A stretch of 62,996 bases of DNA, filler included, from Octopus bimaculoides (lineage: Eukaryota), in assembly GCF_001194135.2 (NCBI RefSeq). It is 5 parts of 5 records of this genome, joined end to end, with 100 filler letters (N's around TTAATTAATTAA, not from the genome) between each part and the next. Parts side by side here need not be neighbours in the genome. Positions count along the whole stretch, not along the records: positions 58,448 to 62,996 come from NC_068986.1; 4 more parts are not named here. One strand, written 5' to 3'. A model generated the notes under the pieces. The model was not told the origin of the DNA, made no database searches, and saw only the letters and a program-made list of their open reading frames with translations. This document shows positions 61,419 to 62,996 of this stretch, piece by piece. The position numbers and the translations under genes were made by a program. Position 1 is the first letter of the stretch, and the number at the start of each line of letters is the position of its first letter.

Positions 61419-61420
61419 GC
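61325..61420. repeat. (AGAC)n(AGAT)n microsatellite
   Basis: Direct inspection. Confidence 0.95.
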
Positions 61421-61451
61421 CTATAATAGGCAGATATATGTGAAATATTAC

Positions 61452-61547
61452 ACAGGGCTTAAAATAGGGGTGTGTTTCATCCGGTACATCAGTGCCGGGG
61501 CCCGGAGAACCAAGGTAGGGGCCTGCATTTATCTGGTTGGCACCATC
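61452..61547 (-). CDS. Candidate small exon upstream of the Ig exon
   Basis: Strong (TTTC)n...TTTTCAG acceptor; locally GC-rich; single open frame DGANQINAGPYLGSPGPGTDVPDETHPYFKP. Donors are weak (GTAATA at 61451, GTGTAA at 61453). No family match. Confidence 0.3.
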
Positions 61548-62118
61548 CTGAAAAATAGAAAAGAAAGAAAGAAAGAAAGAAATCTGAGTCCCTGTCTTCA
61601 ATTTTGAGAGGAAGGACCAAGAGCCTTGTTCTGCCTTGGCAGATACGTAAGGGAAACTCTAGAGACACAGCCGCACAATGAAATGAGATCATGAATGATT
61701 GTCGTGTGTGTGTGTCAGTTCAATGCACTCACGTGGTATTATTATTCCGGCCTTCTCTTCTATCTTTTATATATTCATGCACAATGCACTCATGCACCCT
61801 TTACATCCGTTATCACTAACTATCTACCACACCCTCACAGAATGATAGTTGCTGACGAATCGAATCAACAACATCCGGATTTAGTTCTTATATGAACCAT
61901 TCGTAATTCACACACACAGGCTTCATACCTGTTAAACAGTCTGCACTCAGTGAACTTAACGAAGGAACGGCTCCACGAGAGGTATTCGTGCCTCTCGCAT
62001 ACCGCATAACATCATAGGAAGCTTATGACTGGTTGCTAAACGGATATCTGGATATCTGTTTATTTCTGGAATGTTTCTGTTTATTTAACTATCGAACTGT
62101 ATTTACATGTATGTATTT

Positions 62119-62153
<35 letters not shown>

Positions 62154-62465
62154 CAGCGGGTGTACATATGTATTTATGTGTATGCATGTATGTGTATGTA
62201 TATATATATATATATATATATAATACAAAGAATATATATACATGTATACACACATATATGTACATACTTACATCTACATGTGTATATACATGCATATCAG
62301 GGTACAGGACGTTAGAACAATAAACTACAGACAACGGAACGAACACATAGGAAAACGGAAAGCCCCTTGGAATATCCCTTCATCAGCTGTCTCTATTCTA
62401 TCTAGACGTTTCGAAGACCATATATATATTTATTTATTTATTTATGTGTTTCAGCCAAGTGGCTG

Positions 62466-62552
<87 letters not shown>

Positions 62553-62996
62553 GTATGGATAGGTAGATATATCAGACTGTGCAAGACATTTAGCCAATGT
62601 GGTGCGTAGTGGGCTTGAACACGTAACCGCGCGGTTACGGGACGGATTTTTCCATCACATACCTCATTCCTGCCTTCTCTGCTCCTCTCTCATCCTCTCT
62701 CTTTCCTGTTTTTCTGTCTGTCTTTCTCGCTCGAAATGTGTGTGTGTGTGTGTGTGTGTGCGTGCGTGCGCACGCGCGTGTATATGTGTGTGTGTTTGTG
62801 TACATGTTTGTGTGCGCGCGTGTGTATATATGTATCTTTTATCTTTTACTCGTTTCAGTCATTAGTTTGCGGCGATGCGAAGGTGTCATCTTGAGTGTGT
62901 ATATGTATGTGTATATACACATATACTTATACATACATACATAAATACATACATACATACACATACGCACATACACACACGCACACCCTCATATAT

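Overview
AT-rich, gap-ridden, microsatellite-dense eukaryotic genomic DNA. The SINE/LINE repertoire points to an octopus genome, probably Octopus bimaculoides-like; this is an inference. About a fifth of the window is N, so every long ORF spanning N runs is an artefact. All recognisable host coding sequence is on the minus strand. (1) A start-codon-bearing exon of an ANKRD40-like gene lies at 2202-2407. (2) Five exons absent as such from the ORF track (39239-39310, 37058-37129, 35875-35946, 33399-33571, 31845-31936) splice in frame into LRR-LRR-LRR-LRRCT followed by a Cys-rich, Ly6/uPAR-like start. (3) A phase 1-1 Ig I-set exon lies at 55028-55306. The rest is a layered transposon graveyard: hAT (three families), Tc1/mariner, Helitron, RTE, L1/Tx1, CR1-like and RLE-clade LINEs, three Penelope-like elements (PLEs), three tRNA-derived SINE families, MITEs and a ~112-bp local satellite. 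The best leads are the LRR + three-finger-like gene, hammerhead-ribozyme motifs in PLE termini, a permuted hammerhead-like motif with a covarying hairpin, a PLE whose GIY-YIG nuclease is split by a ~500-bp Thr/Pro-rich insert, a conserved Trp codon that reads TA|intron in ANKRD40, a triple-nested insertion with target-site duplications, and several long inverted repeats. No CRISPR array, rRNA or true tRNA gene is supported. Coordinates were counted by hand; TE boundaries are approximate unless TIRs or TSDs are given.
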